Below, piece by piece: positions 24,021 through 36,590 of a stretch of DNA of 64,000 nucleotides. The DNA comes from Octopus sinensis (Eukaryota). Each line of letters opens with the position of its first letter. Position 1 is the first letter of the stretch. The translations under genes were made by a program, and so were the position numbers. The stretch lies in NCBI RefSeq assembly GCF_006345805.1, contig NC_043020.1, positions 4,092,001-4,156,000 of the forward strand, given 5' to 3'. Below the pieces are notes generated by a model. That model saw only the letters and a program-made list of their open reading frames with translations, was not told the DNA's origin and ran no database searches.

Positions 24021-24237
24021 GTGTGTGTGTGTGTGTGCATTATTCCCCTCCTCATATATACACCTTGCTAATATAAACATAAAGAAAAGGTAGAAAATAC
24101 TTCAGTGAAAGTTCAATATCAAATGCTGAACAGTGGTTAAGTGGTTAAGTGTTCAATGATTATAGCTGATAGTAAAATGTTTTTTTGAAAAGCAACACAC
24201 ATACATATATTTTCAAATCACTGATTGCGGATCCTGG

Positions 24238-25478
24238 GTGGATGTTGTTTACCTGGACTTTGCTAAGGCTTTTAACTCTGTGCCACACAAAAGACTTATG
24301 GTGAAGCTTTCTGCGTTGGGTGTAAGAGACGAACTCTATAACTGGTTGAAGTCCTTTATTTTCGGCCAAAAAGAGGTTGTCACAGTTCTAGGACAGCACT
24401 CTTCACCCTATGAGATGACATCTGGTGTACCACAGGGATCTGTTCTTGGGCCCCTTTTATTTGTTGCATATGTTAATGACATAGATGCCAACTTAAAGAA
24501 TGTCACAGTGCTGGAATATGCAGATGACATCAAGCTGTACCTCGAAATAAAGAGGTCAAATCCTGTACACTATAGATCTCTATTGCAAGCAGACCTGGAC
24601 ACAATGCAGCAGTGGATCATGGACTGGCAACTCAAGCTGGCTGTGGACAAATGTACCACCATGCATTTGGGGAGGAGAAACCCAGCGTCCACCTACTCCC
24701 TCCACAACACTAGTCTCAAAAAGTCTTCATGTGAACGTGACCTGGGTGTTACTGTCGACAGTGATTTGCGTTGGACAAAACACATCGCTAAAATTGTCAA
24801 GAAGGCTGAGGGTGTCTTGGCATCACTCACCAAATCCTTTGTGAGCCGCTCTCCGGCTATCTATCTGCGGCTTTATATAGCTATGGTAAGACCTCACCTG
24901 GAATTTGCATCACCGGTCTGGAACCCCTATCTTGCCCAGGATATCAATCGTCTGGAAGCTGTTCAGCGACGTGCAACCAAAAGAATACCCTCCATCAGGC
25001 ATTTGCCATATCCTGAACACCTTACTTCCCTGGGCATGGACACATTGAAACTCCGAATTCTGGCAGCTGACTTGGCAGACACCCATAAAATTATCAACCA
25101 TCGTACAAACTATAACTCTGAGCACCTTTTCAAACTCCACCCATCTAACACCCGTGGACATATTTACAAAGTCAGAAAACAGCACAGCTCCCATGACTTC
25201 AGGAAACATTTTTTCACGCTGAGAGTTGCTGAAGCGTGGAACAGACTGCCGGCATCAGTTGTTAGTTGTCGGAGCACTGCATCCTTCAAAACTTCCATGC
25301 TTCCTGAGGTTCGCCAACACTACACCTGATTTTCTCCCCTCCATACACACGCAAGCATGTATCTGACTCATACACTGTTCACTTCCCAGACATTTGTACA
25401 TTACTGCATGTACTTTATATGCACTTTCTGACAAGTTGTGGTGCACCTGAGCACTGTAGACAATAATTTCATTATTAT
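24238..25478 (+). mobile_element. 5'-truncated CR1-like LINE with open 363-aa RT C-terminal ORF (24238-25329) and 3' UTR
   Basis: DVVYLDFAKAFNSVPH, SGVPQGSVLGPLLF, YADD, VRPHLEFASPVWNP motifs; uninterrupted frame; (ATT) tail. Confidence 0.92.
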
Positions 25479-25708
25479 TTTATATGCATGTGTGGGTGTG
25501 TGTATCTAATGTGTTAGTCTCTCCTACTGCTTGACAATTGGTGTTGGTTTGTTTACATCCTTAAATGTTAGCAATTCAGCTAAAGCGAGGGAATATCCCT
25601 ACCCACCCCCACTCCCGCATGGCCGGATATGTTTTTGCAGAACATTGGAAATGAATGACACCACTTTGTGTGACAGTGACATTCATTTACAATTATTACA
25701 AAGTCAAG

Positions 25709-25760
<52 letters not shown>

Positions 25761-26923
25761 GACATTGACCTGGCATTAAAGTAGTTCTTAAGTTAGATGT
25801 CATCATCATCATCGTCACCATTTAACGTCTGTTTTCCATGCTGGCATGGATTTCAACAGTTTGATGGGAGCTGAAGGGCTGTTCAAGCTCCCTGTCTGTT
25901 TTGGTATGGTTTCTACAGCTGGATGCCCTTCCTAATGCCAACCACTTTACACAGTGTATTGACTGCTTTCATGCAACACTGGCAAGGTAACTTTTTATGT
26001 GGCACCAGCACTTGTTTTAACCATTTTGTAAAATATTTCTGTTATTAAATCCTAGAACTTCGTATGTCAAAACAAAGACAAACAAATTAATTTTTCCTGG
26101 AAATGGAAATTAAAGTAAAAAAAAATTAACCTTGAAACAGAAAAAGCTTGAAAGAAATGGTAAAACTGTTGAAACAAGGAAGAAATGCCAGAACCAAAAT
26201 ACCTGCAAAAGTTTTATTAAGTTGAAAACATATCATGCATTTATGGTGTAACATTATAAAAACAATGATAAAGATTTCTTATTTTGTACAGAAGTTAAAA
26301 CTCCAAAAGAATTGCCAGCAAATATTTATGAAATACAAATCAGATTGGAACCTGGTGCAGCCTCCTGGCTTGCCAGTCCTCAGTCAAAGCATCCAACCCA
26401 TGCCAGCATGGAAAGCAGATGTTAAATGACGATGACAATGATGATGATGATGGTGATGATGACAAAATCAAATCATTTTAATGAAATTCAAATTAAAAAC
26501 CAAACATCTAATAAACAACATGTTAGATTTTCATGCTAAGAGATGCTGAGAAATCTTTTAAAATCAGTCTTCTGAACTGAGAGTGGTCAAAGGCCAACAA
26601 TTTTTGGGGTAGGAGTACTACCCAACTAGTGTTTATTTTATTGGCCTCAGAAAGATGAAAGCCAAAGTCAAAGTATGCAGAATTTCAACTTACAAGAGTC
26701 AGAAGAAATGCCGCTAAATATTTTGTCCATCAATTCTTCTAGTTTGGTGCTTTAACTCTTCTGGATTATATGAAATTGCAACACAAACATGGAAAACACA
26801 AACATGGAATTTGTGTTACAATTTGCTAAAATAACAGGTTTCTATTTTTGAAACATTTAATGTAATTGAAATCAGTTGATTTTGGAAACAAATACTAAAG
26901 ATATATTTTAAGAATATATCTTT

Positions 26924-27252
26924 GGTCTCCCCTGGTCCGAGAGGGTTGGGAAACCTCTGAACCACCTCCCGTGATAGGGATCAGGGCCTGGAACCAACCC
27001 CGTGAACAAGGAATTCCTGGTAGGCGTGGGTCATCGGACCACGTCGATCACGTCCCTGCCCTTTGTACACACTGCCCGTCGCTACTACCGATCGAATGGT
27101 CCGGTTAAGTCCTCAGATCTGGCCAACAAGTTTGCTTACGTGTGGCGGTGTCCCACGCCGACATTGGGGCATTCTTTGATGGCTCGGAGAAGATGATCAA
27201 ACCCAATTGCTTAGAGGAAGTAAAAGTCGTAGGTGAACCTGCAGAAGGATCA
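26924..27252 (+). pseudogene. 18S rRNA 3'-terminal fragment (dispersed pseudogene)
   Basis: Universal 18S motifs GTCCCTGCCCTTTGTACACAC(T)GCCCGTCGCTACTACCGAT and AGAGGAAGTAAAAGTCGTA..GGTGAACCTGC(A)GAAGGATCA; CpG-type substitutions and a short deletion (ACAAGGTTTCCGTA missing). Confidence 0.93.
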
Positions 27253-27256
27253 AAAA

Positions 27257-27486
27257 GGTGGCGAGCTGGCAGAAACGTTAGCATGCCAGGTGAAATGCTA
27301 AGTGGTATTTCGTCTATCTCTACGTTCTGAGTTCAAATTCCGCCAAGGTTGACTTTGCCTTTCATCCTTTTGGGGTTGATAAATTAAGTACCAGTTACAC
27401 ACTGGGGTCGATATAATCGACTTAATCCATCAGTCTGTCCTTGTTTGTCTCCTCTGTGTTTAGCTCGTTGTGGGTAGTAAAGAAAT
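27257..27486 (+). mobile_element. tRNA-derived SINE family A fused downstream of the 18S fragment
   Basis: Full-length consensus match; its 3' flank carries the second copy of an 18-bp TSD. Confidence 0.88.
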
Positions 27487-27646
27487 AGATATATTTTAAG
27501 AATAAGAAAATACATTTAGAAATTCAAAGTATTTAAAGATCAAATCACATTACTATAATACTGGAATGTGTTAGATGACAGTTTTTGAAAGACTAACCTA
27601 TGGCACAGCAGCATCTAATGGAAACAATGACGGTTTTGAAACTGGT

Positions 27647-27681
<35 letters not shown>

Positions 27682-27939
27682 TACATATATGCACACATAA
27701 CCTGTAATCATTAATCATATTTTTTAAAAAAACAACAGAAAGAAAATTGTTTAAATTTTCTTTCTGTTGTTTTTTTTCATTGACATTATAGTTCAAAACA
27801 TATTCCACTTCTTTTTCATTTTGTAGGGTGACCTGTGGAAGCAATGAATGGACAAAACCGGAGAACAATCCTGTGTGTTTGCATATATGTATTTACACTT
27901 ACATACATACATATGTATGTGTGTGTGTGTATATATGTG

Positions 27940-27993
<54 letters not shown>

Positions 27994-28031
27994 ATATATG
28001 TATATATATGTATATATATATAGAGAGAGAG

Positions 28032-28084
<53 letters not shown>

Positions 28085-28706
28085 TAGCTGTGTGTGTGTG
28101 TGTGTATCAGTGTGGCAGCCATAAGGGAAGTGTGATTAGTCATGGACAGTTGTGTTTGCATATGTACATAGACATATGCATTTGAGTGTGTGTGTGTGTG
28201 TACATGTGTAGTTATATGCATTTGCAAAAGTGTGATGTGTCAATATAATAATGTTGACAAGGTTTAGGCAGACGTGCTTGTGTGTGTGTGTGTGTGTGTG
28301 TGTGTGGTGTTGGACTGAGTGGCGTGGGGGGGGAGACTGCTGTTAAATTTGGAAACGGATGATACATGTGATGCTCAGTTAATTAAAAAAATGCACAAAT
28401 AAAAAAAACCTTTCAAAGAAATGTCAGTAAAATATCACATGACCAGCAACAAGGTGAAGAGAAGGTGTCAATGGTTGGGAAGGAGTTAATGCGTTTTTAT
28501 GATCATGTGTGTATATATATATGTGTGTGTGTGTGTATGTGCATGTATATATATATACATACACATGCACATATCATGTATGTTTGTGTGTGTGCGCTTG
28601 CGCATGTATATATATATATGTATGTATGTATGTGTGTGTGTGTATATATAAATATATAATATATATATATATCTAAGCAAGCTGAACTACATAATGATGA
28701 TGATGA

Positions 28707-28742
<36 letters not shown>

Positions 28743-29029
28743 ACTCCTATGTCCTCTTTTGTTATATTAATCATCAAACATACCTCTATAGTTATTCTTT
28801 CTTTTTTCTTTCCCTATCATTCAAAATTCTTCTCATCTATTCTCTGCCCCTCCCCTCCAATATTTTACGGCTGCACCATATTATTCATTTCTCCCATATT
28901 TCTTTAAAATCCAAAAGTTAGACTGACTTTCTAGAGTAATGACAAGCTCTGTAGTTTTATAAATATACTTGAATCCACCGCCACTCATTGGATCACAACC
29001 ACCCCAAGTTGAAAACCTCGATGTGCAGC

Positions 29030-29310
29030 AGTAAAGAATAAAATACTATTTCGAACTTCATGCAATAAAATTCTTAAATAATACAGTACTCCCGCCTTTG
29101 GTGTGACAACATAAAGACAACCAAGTTTTTCTTCTTTGGAAACATTCAAATGGCCTTCAACTGTTTTTTCCTCGCTTTCTTCTTTACCATTCCTTGTTAC
29201 TTCTGTTCCAAGTAAAATACATGATTACTTCAGCATAAAATAATATTTTTGCAAAGTCATCATTGATGCACAATGAAAAGAATTCTGCCAATGTTGTTCT
29301 CAAAGGCCAT
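29030..29310 (-). mobile_element. Helitron RepHel remnant
   Basis: RTTLAEFFSLCINDDFAKILFYAEVIMYFTWN...W*RRKRG and KLGCLYVVTPKAGVLYYLRILLHEVR match the Helitron post-Rep TTL..FF.LC..D.FA..L.Y / LGR.Y.V.P...YLR.LL motifs. Confidence 0.7.
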
Positions 29311-29719
29311 TCATTGACAGCCATATATTATATCCTCATAATTTTAATGCCACATGAAAAACATTAAATGATGATGGTGATGGTAAGTGGAGATGATGAT
29401 GATGATGATGATGCTGACGGTAGAACCTGTAACCTTCTGGAAGAATTAAGTTTGGTGAAAAATTATTTTACAGAAAATGTTTTTATTGATTTAACTTTAT
29501 TGAATGTCATTGATCTTTTTTTTGTTTTTTTTCAAACTAATTATGAATTTTTGAAGGCCCCGTTTATATTTCTTTATTCACACTTGTAACAATTCTCAGA
29601 AAATTTCATTCCAAATTCTGGCCTGGTGCACATTGATTTGTTTCTATAATCCCTCCTTTCGTGAATGTCAGCTGTGCATACTTTTACCTAAAATTTAGAG
29701 AAGCTATGAAAATTTGTTT

Positions 29720-30190
29720 AGAACCAAATTCGATGACTGGCACCTGTGCCAGTGGAGCGCTAACACCTCCATCCAAGTGGGATCACTGCCAGAGCAGCTG
29801 TCTGGCAGGTAAAGAGCACCATTTGAGCATGATCGTTGTCAGCGTCGCCTCACTGGCACTTGTACTGGTGGCACGTGAACAAAACATTTGAGCAAGGTCG
29901 TTGCCAGTGCCACTGGACTGGCTCCTGTGCAGGTGGCACGTAAAAAACACCATTTTCAAGTGTGGCCGTTGCCAGAACAGCCAGACTGGCCCTTGTGCTG
30001 GTGGCACTTTAAAAGCACCCGCTACACTCTCGGAGTGGTTGGCGTTAGGAAGGGCATCCAGCTGTAGAAACTCTGCCAGATAAGATTGGAGCCTGGCGCA
30101 GCCATCTGGCTTGCCAGTCCTCAGTCAAATTGTCCAACCCATGCTAGCATGGAAAGCGGACGTCAAACAATGATGATGATGGTGATGATC
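29720..30190 (+). mobile_element. RTE LINE 3' UTR copy
   Basis: Shared RTE 3' UTR sequence and (GAT)n tail. Confidence 0.8.
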
Positions 30191-30656
30191 TTTTAGAGTT
30201 TTGATGGATAATAAAATCCAGTTTCTATTTTCATAATTATGTTAGGATACTTGATTGTTAAATGAGAAGAGGAAAAAACAAAAAACACCTGGTTTTTAAA
30301 GTCAACAACAGCAGATAAACATTTATATCTGGACAGAGCAAGGTACAGGTTCACTGAGCAAAGGTTTTCACAGCAAACACCGATTCATTCAAAAAACTGA
30401 TTGATAATTCCTAAATGTTTGTAGGACTTATTCTATAAATGCTCCAAAGTACAAGAAACAGAAAACTGATAGAATAAGTTTTTCCTCTCTCATTTTTTTT
30501 TTTTCTCTATTTTAAATAAACATCATTTTTTAATGGTTTTTGTTTACAAAACTTGCCAGAAGTTCTTTTCTGAAGTCTGAACCTAGGAAAACCCAAGAAC
30601 CCCTTTGTTGCTCAATGCTTCATTTATCAATATTTATAGAATGCATTTGATTTATA

Positions 30657-30856
30657 CTCTTTTACTTGTTTCAGTCATTTGACTGTGGCCATGCTGGAGC
30701 ACCACCTTTAGTCGAACAAATCGACCCCAGGACTTATTCATTGTAAACCTAGTACTTATTCTATCGGTCTCTTTTGCCGAACCACTAAGTTACGGGGATG
30801 TAAATACACCAGCATCAGTTGTCAAGCGATGTTGGAGGGGGAGGGGACAAACACAG

Positions 30857-30909
<53 letters not shown>

Positions 30910-31045
30910 CAACGGGCTTCTTTCAGTTTCTGTCTACCAAATTCACTCACAAGGCTTTGGTCAGCCCGAGGCTATAGGAGAAGACACTTGCTCAAGGTAC
31001 CACATGGTTTGTAAGCAAGCTACTTACCACACAGCCACTCCTGCT
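30657..31045 (-). mobile_element. CORE-type SINE family B
   Basis: Reverse complement of 48140-48560, with internal (TA)/(CA) microsatellite. Confidence 0.8.
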
Positions 31046-31559
31046 CCTATATTTCAGAATCTTTAAGAAATCTTTTTAAGAAACATTATTAAATATTTCT
31101 GGATTTAATATTTATATATTTTTATTTTTAATTCAAGATTTCCAAATTCCAACCTATCAAGTAAAAAAAAATATATATCTATAATCAATAAGTGTATCAT
31201 GTTTATATTAGTAAATATCAATAATTATATGTTTGATCAATAATCAATGAATGTATTGTGCCAGTGTCACGTTAAAAGCACCCAGCACACAGTGCAAAGT
31301 GGTTGGCATCAGGAAGGGTACCCAGCTGTAGCAACCAAGCCAAATCAGACTGGAACCTGGTGCAGGTCTCCAGTGAGCCAGCTTTGGTCAAACTGTCCAA
31401 TGCATGCCAGCATGAAAAATGGACATTAAAAGATGATGATGATAATGACGATGACGAAGATTTTATTTTATTTGGAACTTGAAAAATAATTTTAAACCAC
31501 CTTGTAGCCAGATGTATTTTAAAAATAATTGGATTTCAAAATATTCAAAACCAAGATTA

Positions 31560-32500
31560 TTACAGAGTTAATCTATAGCTACTGCTGTTAATTATATAAT
31601 GAGATAAATGTTAATTATGTTAATGAAATGTCTGTAATACTAACAACTCCAGTGTTGTTGCAAATATATTTTCATGATATTGATGATATTTATACAACAT
31701 AACAATATCGTTTATTGACATCCCCTCACCGTGTCCCTAATAAATTTCCCCTGTATTAGCATCTTAAGTTTCTTAGTGTCTTGCCCCTTTAACTGGTAAT
31801 TAACATCATGATTTAAAATCTATCTCTACCCTGCCTCTCTTTTATAGACAGTTACTTCTATCAAATTGACTCTTGCTAATGTCATATTTCCTTTCTCTTG
31901 GGGGAAAAGGGATACCTATGATAACATTTATGACCCTAGCTAGCCATGAGCTGTCAACTCACTCTTGTTCTTCATTCAAAATAGCAACAGTCTTCTAGTC
32001 TCAGATTTGATAGATGATAAAGAAACAAATAAATTAGAAATGAATTACAACCCTTACAACCCTATGACCCAACTATGCTCCATGCGATTCTAAGAAATTG
32101 TAGTCTATTCTTAGCCACTTTGCTACAATAGCAACAAAATGAATTTCTTCCATTTTCTTACTCTGTTAAAATATTTAATGTCCAAACGTGGCCAACCATC
32201 CAAATGTGGCCAATCTCAGTAACCCCGACTGGCTCTTGTGCCAATGGCATGTAAAAAGCACCAACCAAACATGGCCAATGCCAGTAGCTCCTGACTGGCT
32301 CCCTGTGCCAGTGGCACATAAAGTGCACTAACCGAACGTGATCGATGTTAAACGATGATGATGACGATAATGTGTCCTACTTGTTGAAAAATTCCATATT
32401 TTGTGCAGCTGAAGATAGCACTGCATTTAAATTGATGTAATGATTGCATTGCTTCATTAAATGGAGCCGTTTGAAATGGTCATACTGCATCACTACTTAA
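31560..32500 (+). mobile_element. Penelope-like element 3' terminal fragment (related to 45490-46080), interrupted by an RTE tail
   Basis: Clear similarity to 45500-46080 (ATACAACATAACAATAT..., GCCATGAGCTGTCAACTC..., GTGCAGCTGA.GATAGC); RTE piece at about 32190-32370. Confidence 0.65.
32403..32490 (+). ncRNA. Type I hammerhead ribozyme-like motif with long stem II
   Basis: TGCAG / CTGAAGA / long hairpin / GAAAT-GGTC-ATA / CTGCA: stem I TGCAG:CTGCA, core CUGANGA and GAAA, minimal stem III. Confidence 0.6.
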
Positions 32501-33275
32501 TATCCTGTTGCTTACTTTGATTTTATTCACCTTATTTCATTCTGTGCGGATAATACCAGACTGACTTGGTGCTTCAACTTAAGTACCTAATTCAACTGAA
32601 TCTCAATTATTTCTTTACATATATATATATATATCCCACTATTCTATCCTATTACATTTCTGCTTTTCTTCTCTCTTCCTTTCTCTTATTCTTCTACCTC
32701 CCCTTCTCCCCTCCTGTTTTTTTCTCACTTATCCTGTGTCAAAATTTTTTTCCTCTTCCCTTCACAGTTCTCTGTCTGTCACTCTCTCTCCCTCACCTTT
32801 CCTCCCTTGCTCACGTGGCTCCCATGTGACCATCAGCCATCTTTCTTTTTTCTCCTAATTTGTGTTTCTTTCTCTCTGTTGTAGCTGGATCAAGGAAGAC
32901 ATGTTTTTGTCTGTCTCCTGTCCTAGCTTGATTTACGCGTTCATCACCACAACCTTGTTTAGGCTTAACAGCCCTTCCTGTTTGTTTTCACTGTCTTGTT
33001 TTTGTTACCAATTTTGACCCTTCGCAAAAATCCCAAATTTTATTTAATTTGTTTGTGGAAGCAACTATTTTATCAAAAGCATATGTTATTGTGAATTGCT
33101 CGAAATACTTGAGTAGAAAAAAACACACAACAACTGATGAAGGGTCGTTCTTTGTGTTGTTTGTCTTGTTTTCCATTTCTGTCTTTCATTGTTCAAAAAA
33201 ATAGTTCATATTACATGTACTCATACTCCATATGTTTTGATGTACATGTTTCATGATGTCCTGTGCCCACATATG

Positions 33276-33323
<48 letters not shown>

Positions 33324-33364
33324 GATGTAAGTATGTACATATACGTATGTATATATGCATATAT

Positions 33365-33740
33365 CATCATCATCATCGTCGTCGTTTAGCGTCCGCTTTC
33401 CATGCTGGCATGGGTTGAACAATTTGACTGAAGACTGGTGAGCCTGAAGGCTGCACCAGGCTCCAATCTGATCTAGCAGAGTTTCTACTGCTGGATGCCC
33501 TTCCTAATGCCAACCACTCCGAGAGTGTAGTGGGTGCTTTTACGTGCCACTGGTACAAGGGCCAGTCAAGTGGTTCTGGCAACGACCATGCTCAAATGGC
33601 GTTTTTTACATGCTACCTGCACGGGAGCCAGTCCGGCAGCACTGGCAATGACCACCCTCGAATGTTGTTTTTCACGTGTCACCAGCACATGTGCCAGTAA
33701 GGCGATGCTGGCAACGATCAACCTCAAATGGTGCTTTTTT
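33365..33740 (-). mobile_element. RTE LINE 3' UTR copy
   Basis: Shared RTE 3' UTR sequence. Confidence 0.8.
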
Positions 33741-33792
33741 ATGTGGCATATATATTATATGTGCCATATATATATTATATATTATATATATA

Positions 33793-33924
<132 letters not shown>

Positions 33925-34016
33925 ATCCAAACAAGAAACCACAAAAAAAACACAACCCGAGGACGTGGAACAAATAAAGTATTATTGGACGCTCAGGTAA
34001 GAAGGGAAGAAGGAGG

Positions 34017-34051
34017 GTTTAACGTTTCGAGCGGAGCTCTTCGTCGGAAAC
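34017..34051 (-). ncRNA. Minimal type I hammerhead-like motif, copy 1
   Basis: Minus strand: GTTT CCGACGA A GAGC-TCC-GCTC GAAACGTT AAAC; stem I GTTT:AAAC, stem II GAGC:GCTC, palindromic ACGT stem III. Confidence 0.6.
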
Positions 34052-34396
34052 ATAGGAGAAGGAAAGATCCCGACAAGGGAAGACAGAGGAAAAAAATCGC
34101 CAGCGATACTCACAAGGTCACATATTATATGTATATATACACACACACACACACACTAAAAAAGACAGAAATAGTGAGAGGGAAAGAAAGAGGGGAAGGA
34201 GGAGCAAGTAAAATAGTGAAGAGAGAAGTTAGAGAGGAGTGATGAGTGATGAGTGACACAAAGACACCAGTGTTGGATAAAGAGTGGCACAACACCCCCT
34301 CCCTTCACTCCACAGCAAACAAGTCTAAACTTCAGCAAAACCAGTTTTCTAACTTCTTTGTCATCAAAGAAGAGAAATTCTTCAGTTTTGTTTTGT

Positions 34397-34452
<56 letters not shown>

Positions 34453-34544
34453 ATCCAAACAAGAAACCACAAAAAAAACACAACCCGAGGACGTGGAACA
34501 AATAAAGTATTATTGGACGCTCAGGTAAGAAGGGAAGAAGGAGG

Positions 34545-34579
34545 GTTTAACGTTTCGAGCGGAGCTCTTCGTCGGAAAC
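34545..34579 (-). ncRNA. Minimal type I hammerhead-like motif, copy 2
   Basis: Identical to 34017-34051, offset by 528 bp. Confidence 0.6.
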
Positions 34580-34922
34580 ATAGGAGAAGGAAAGATCCCG
34601 ACAAGGGAAGACAGAGGAAAAAAATCGCCAGCGATACTCACAAGGTCACATATTATATGTATATATATATACACACACACACTAAAAAAGACAGAAATAG
34701 TGAGAGGGAAAGAAAGAGGAGAAGGAGGAGCAAGTAAAATAGTGAGGAGAGAAGTTAGAGAGGAGTGATGAGTGATGAGTGACACAAAGACACCAGTGTT
34801 GGATAAAGAGTGGCACAACACCCCCTCCCTTCACTCCACAGCAAACAAGTCTAAACTTCAGCAAAACCAGTTTTCTAACTTCTTTGTCATCAAAGAAGAG
34901 AAATTCTTCAGTTTTGTTTTGT

Positions 34923-34944
<22 letters not shown>

Positions 34945-34963
<19 letters not shown>

Positions 34964-34983
34964 GAGAGGGAGAGAGAGAGAGA

Positions 34984-35019
<36 letters not shown>

Positions 35020-35345
35020 CCATACCCAATACATTGCAATCTTCTTCTTGCAAACTGTGGTTTAGGATTGTTCTCCTCTCTTCCTTCTCTTTTCTTTTTC
35101 TCTTTTCTTTCTCTCTTCCTTCTCTCTTCCTTCTCTCTTCCTTCTCTCCTCCTTCTCTCTTCCTTCTCTCTTCTTTTTCTCTTCCTTCTCTCCTCCTTCT
35201 CTCCTCCTTCTCTCTTCTTTTTCTCTTCTTTTTCTCTTCCTTCCCTCTTCCTTCTCTCTTCCTTCTCTCTTCCTTCTCTCTTCCTTCTCTCCTCCTTCTC
35301 TCCTCCTTCTCTCTTCTTTTTCTCTTCTTTTTCTTCTTCCTTCTC
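34945..35345. repeat. (AG)n tract followed by ~280-bp polypyrimidine (CTTCTCT-type) tract
   Basis: Directly visible low-complexity runs. Confidence 0.9.
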
Positions 35346-35404
35346 ACTTCCTATTTATAAACCAGGAATCAATTTGTTCAATACTACTTTTTATTTCAAG
35401 ACAG

Positions 35405-35565
35405 ACGCAGGAGTGGTTGCAAGGTAAGAAGCTTGCTTCCAAACCACATGGTTCTATGTTCAGTCCCACTGCGTAGCATCTTGGGCAAGTGTCTTCTACT
35501 ATAGCCTCAGGCGAACCAAAGCCTTGTGAGTGGATTTGGTAGACGGAAACTGAAAGAAGCCTGTC

Positions 35566-35597
<32 letters not shown>

Positions 35598-35790
35598 GTG
35601 TGTGTCTGTGCTTGTCCCCCACCATCGCTTGGCAACTGATGTTGGTGTGTTTACGTCCATGTAACTTAGTGGTTTGGCAAAAGAGACTAATAGAATAAGT
35701 ACTTGGCTTACAAATAATATATCCTGAGATTGATTTGTTTGACTAAAAGGCAGTGCTCCAGCATGGCTGCAGTCAAATGACTGAAACAAG
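35405..35790 (+). mobile_element. CORE-type SINE family B
   Basis: GCAGGAGTGG..GGTAAGAAGCTTGCTTCC..GTTCAGTCCCACTGCG..TTGGGCAAGTG...GCAGTCAAATGACTGAAACAAG. Confidence 0.8.
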
Positions 35791-36359
35791 AAAATAAATG
35801 AGTAAATGAATTGTAAAAGCTGTCAACAGCCAGCATCAGCCAGATGGGTGGTCATGGTTGGCACAGATGAAAGATTTCAGTTTGTGAAAGACCAACGTGA
35901 AGAAAGCTGAGATCAGGCATTGGGACGCCTGGCATGGAAGAGTAGCTCTGGTCTGGGCAAGTTGCCTGACCGGTGCAGGAGGAGGAAGAGGAGGGGAAGA
36001 GGAGGATGATGAAGATGATGATGATGATGATGATGATTGTATATTACAAAAAAATTCAAAGTGTTTCGTAGTGAATTTAATCCTTGACTCAGTTTCTGAC
36101 TTCATCATCATCATCATCATAAACAACACAATCTCAAGGGTATTCTTAAAAAAATAAAGTTGTTAGCGTGTGTTTATAATTAGCATTAATGATTTTCTTC
36201 TTCCCATTTGTGTAATTGTTTCAAACACAGTCAAGTCACCAAACGAGTCCAGTACTGAGAAATGATTGCAGGTATTGTCAAGTTGCAGTCGATGTTGTGT
36301 TGTGTAACTGTGCCGTGAAGGGCGGCAACGATTGGAGGCCACAAAGTTTACAGTTTAAT

Positions 36360-36590
36360 AACACCAACCGATTGTGGCCGTTGCCACCCTCCTCTGGCCC
36401 CTGTGCCGGTGGCATGTAAAAAGCACCCACTACACTCACGGAGTGGTTGGCATTAGGAAGGGCATCCAGCTGTAGAAACACTGCCAGATCAGACTGGAGC
36501 CTGGTGCAGCCTTCTGGCTTCCCAGATCCCCAGTCGAACCATCCAACCCATGCTAGCATGGAGAACGGACGTTAAACGATGATGATGATG
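36360..36590 (+). mobile_element. RTE LINE 3' UTR copy
   Basis: Shared RTE 3' UTR sequence and (GAT)n tail. Confidence 0.8.

Noticed and set aside
26924-27252. Functional rDNA unit
   Set aside because: Only the 3' ~330 nt are present, with no ITS1/5.8S/28S, substitutions in universal motifs and a deletion near the 3' end.
33990-34002. CTCAG|GTAAGA as + strand splice donors (also at 34520)
   Set aside because: Lies inside the duplicated PLE-like unit and overlaps the conserved minus-strand motif; no coding exon upstream.
34682-35427. Arg/Glu/Lys-rich and Ser/Leu/Phe-rich ORFs
   Set aside because: Translation of polypurine/polypyrimidine simple repeats.
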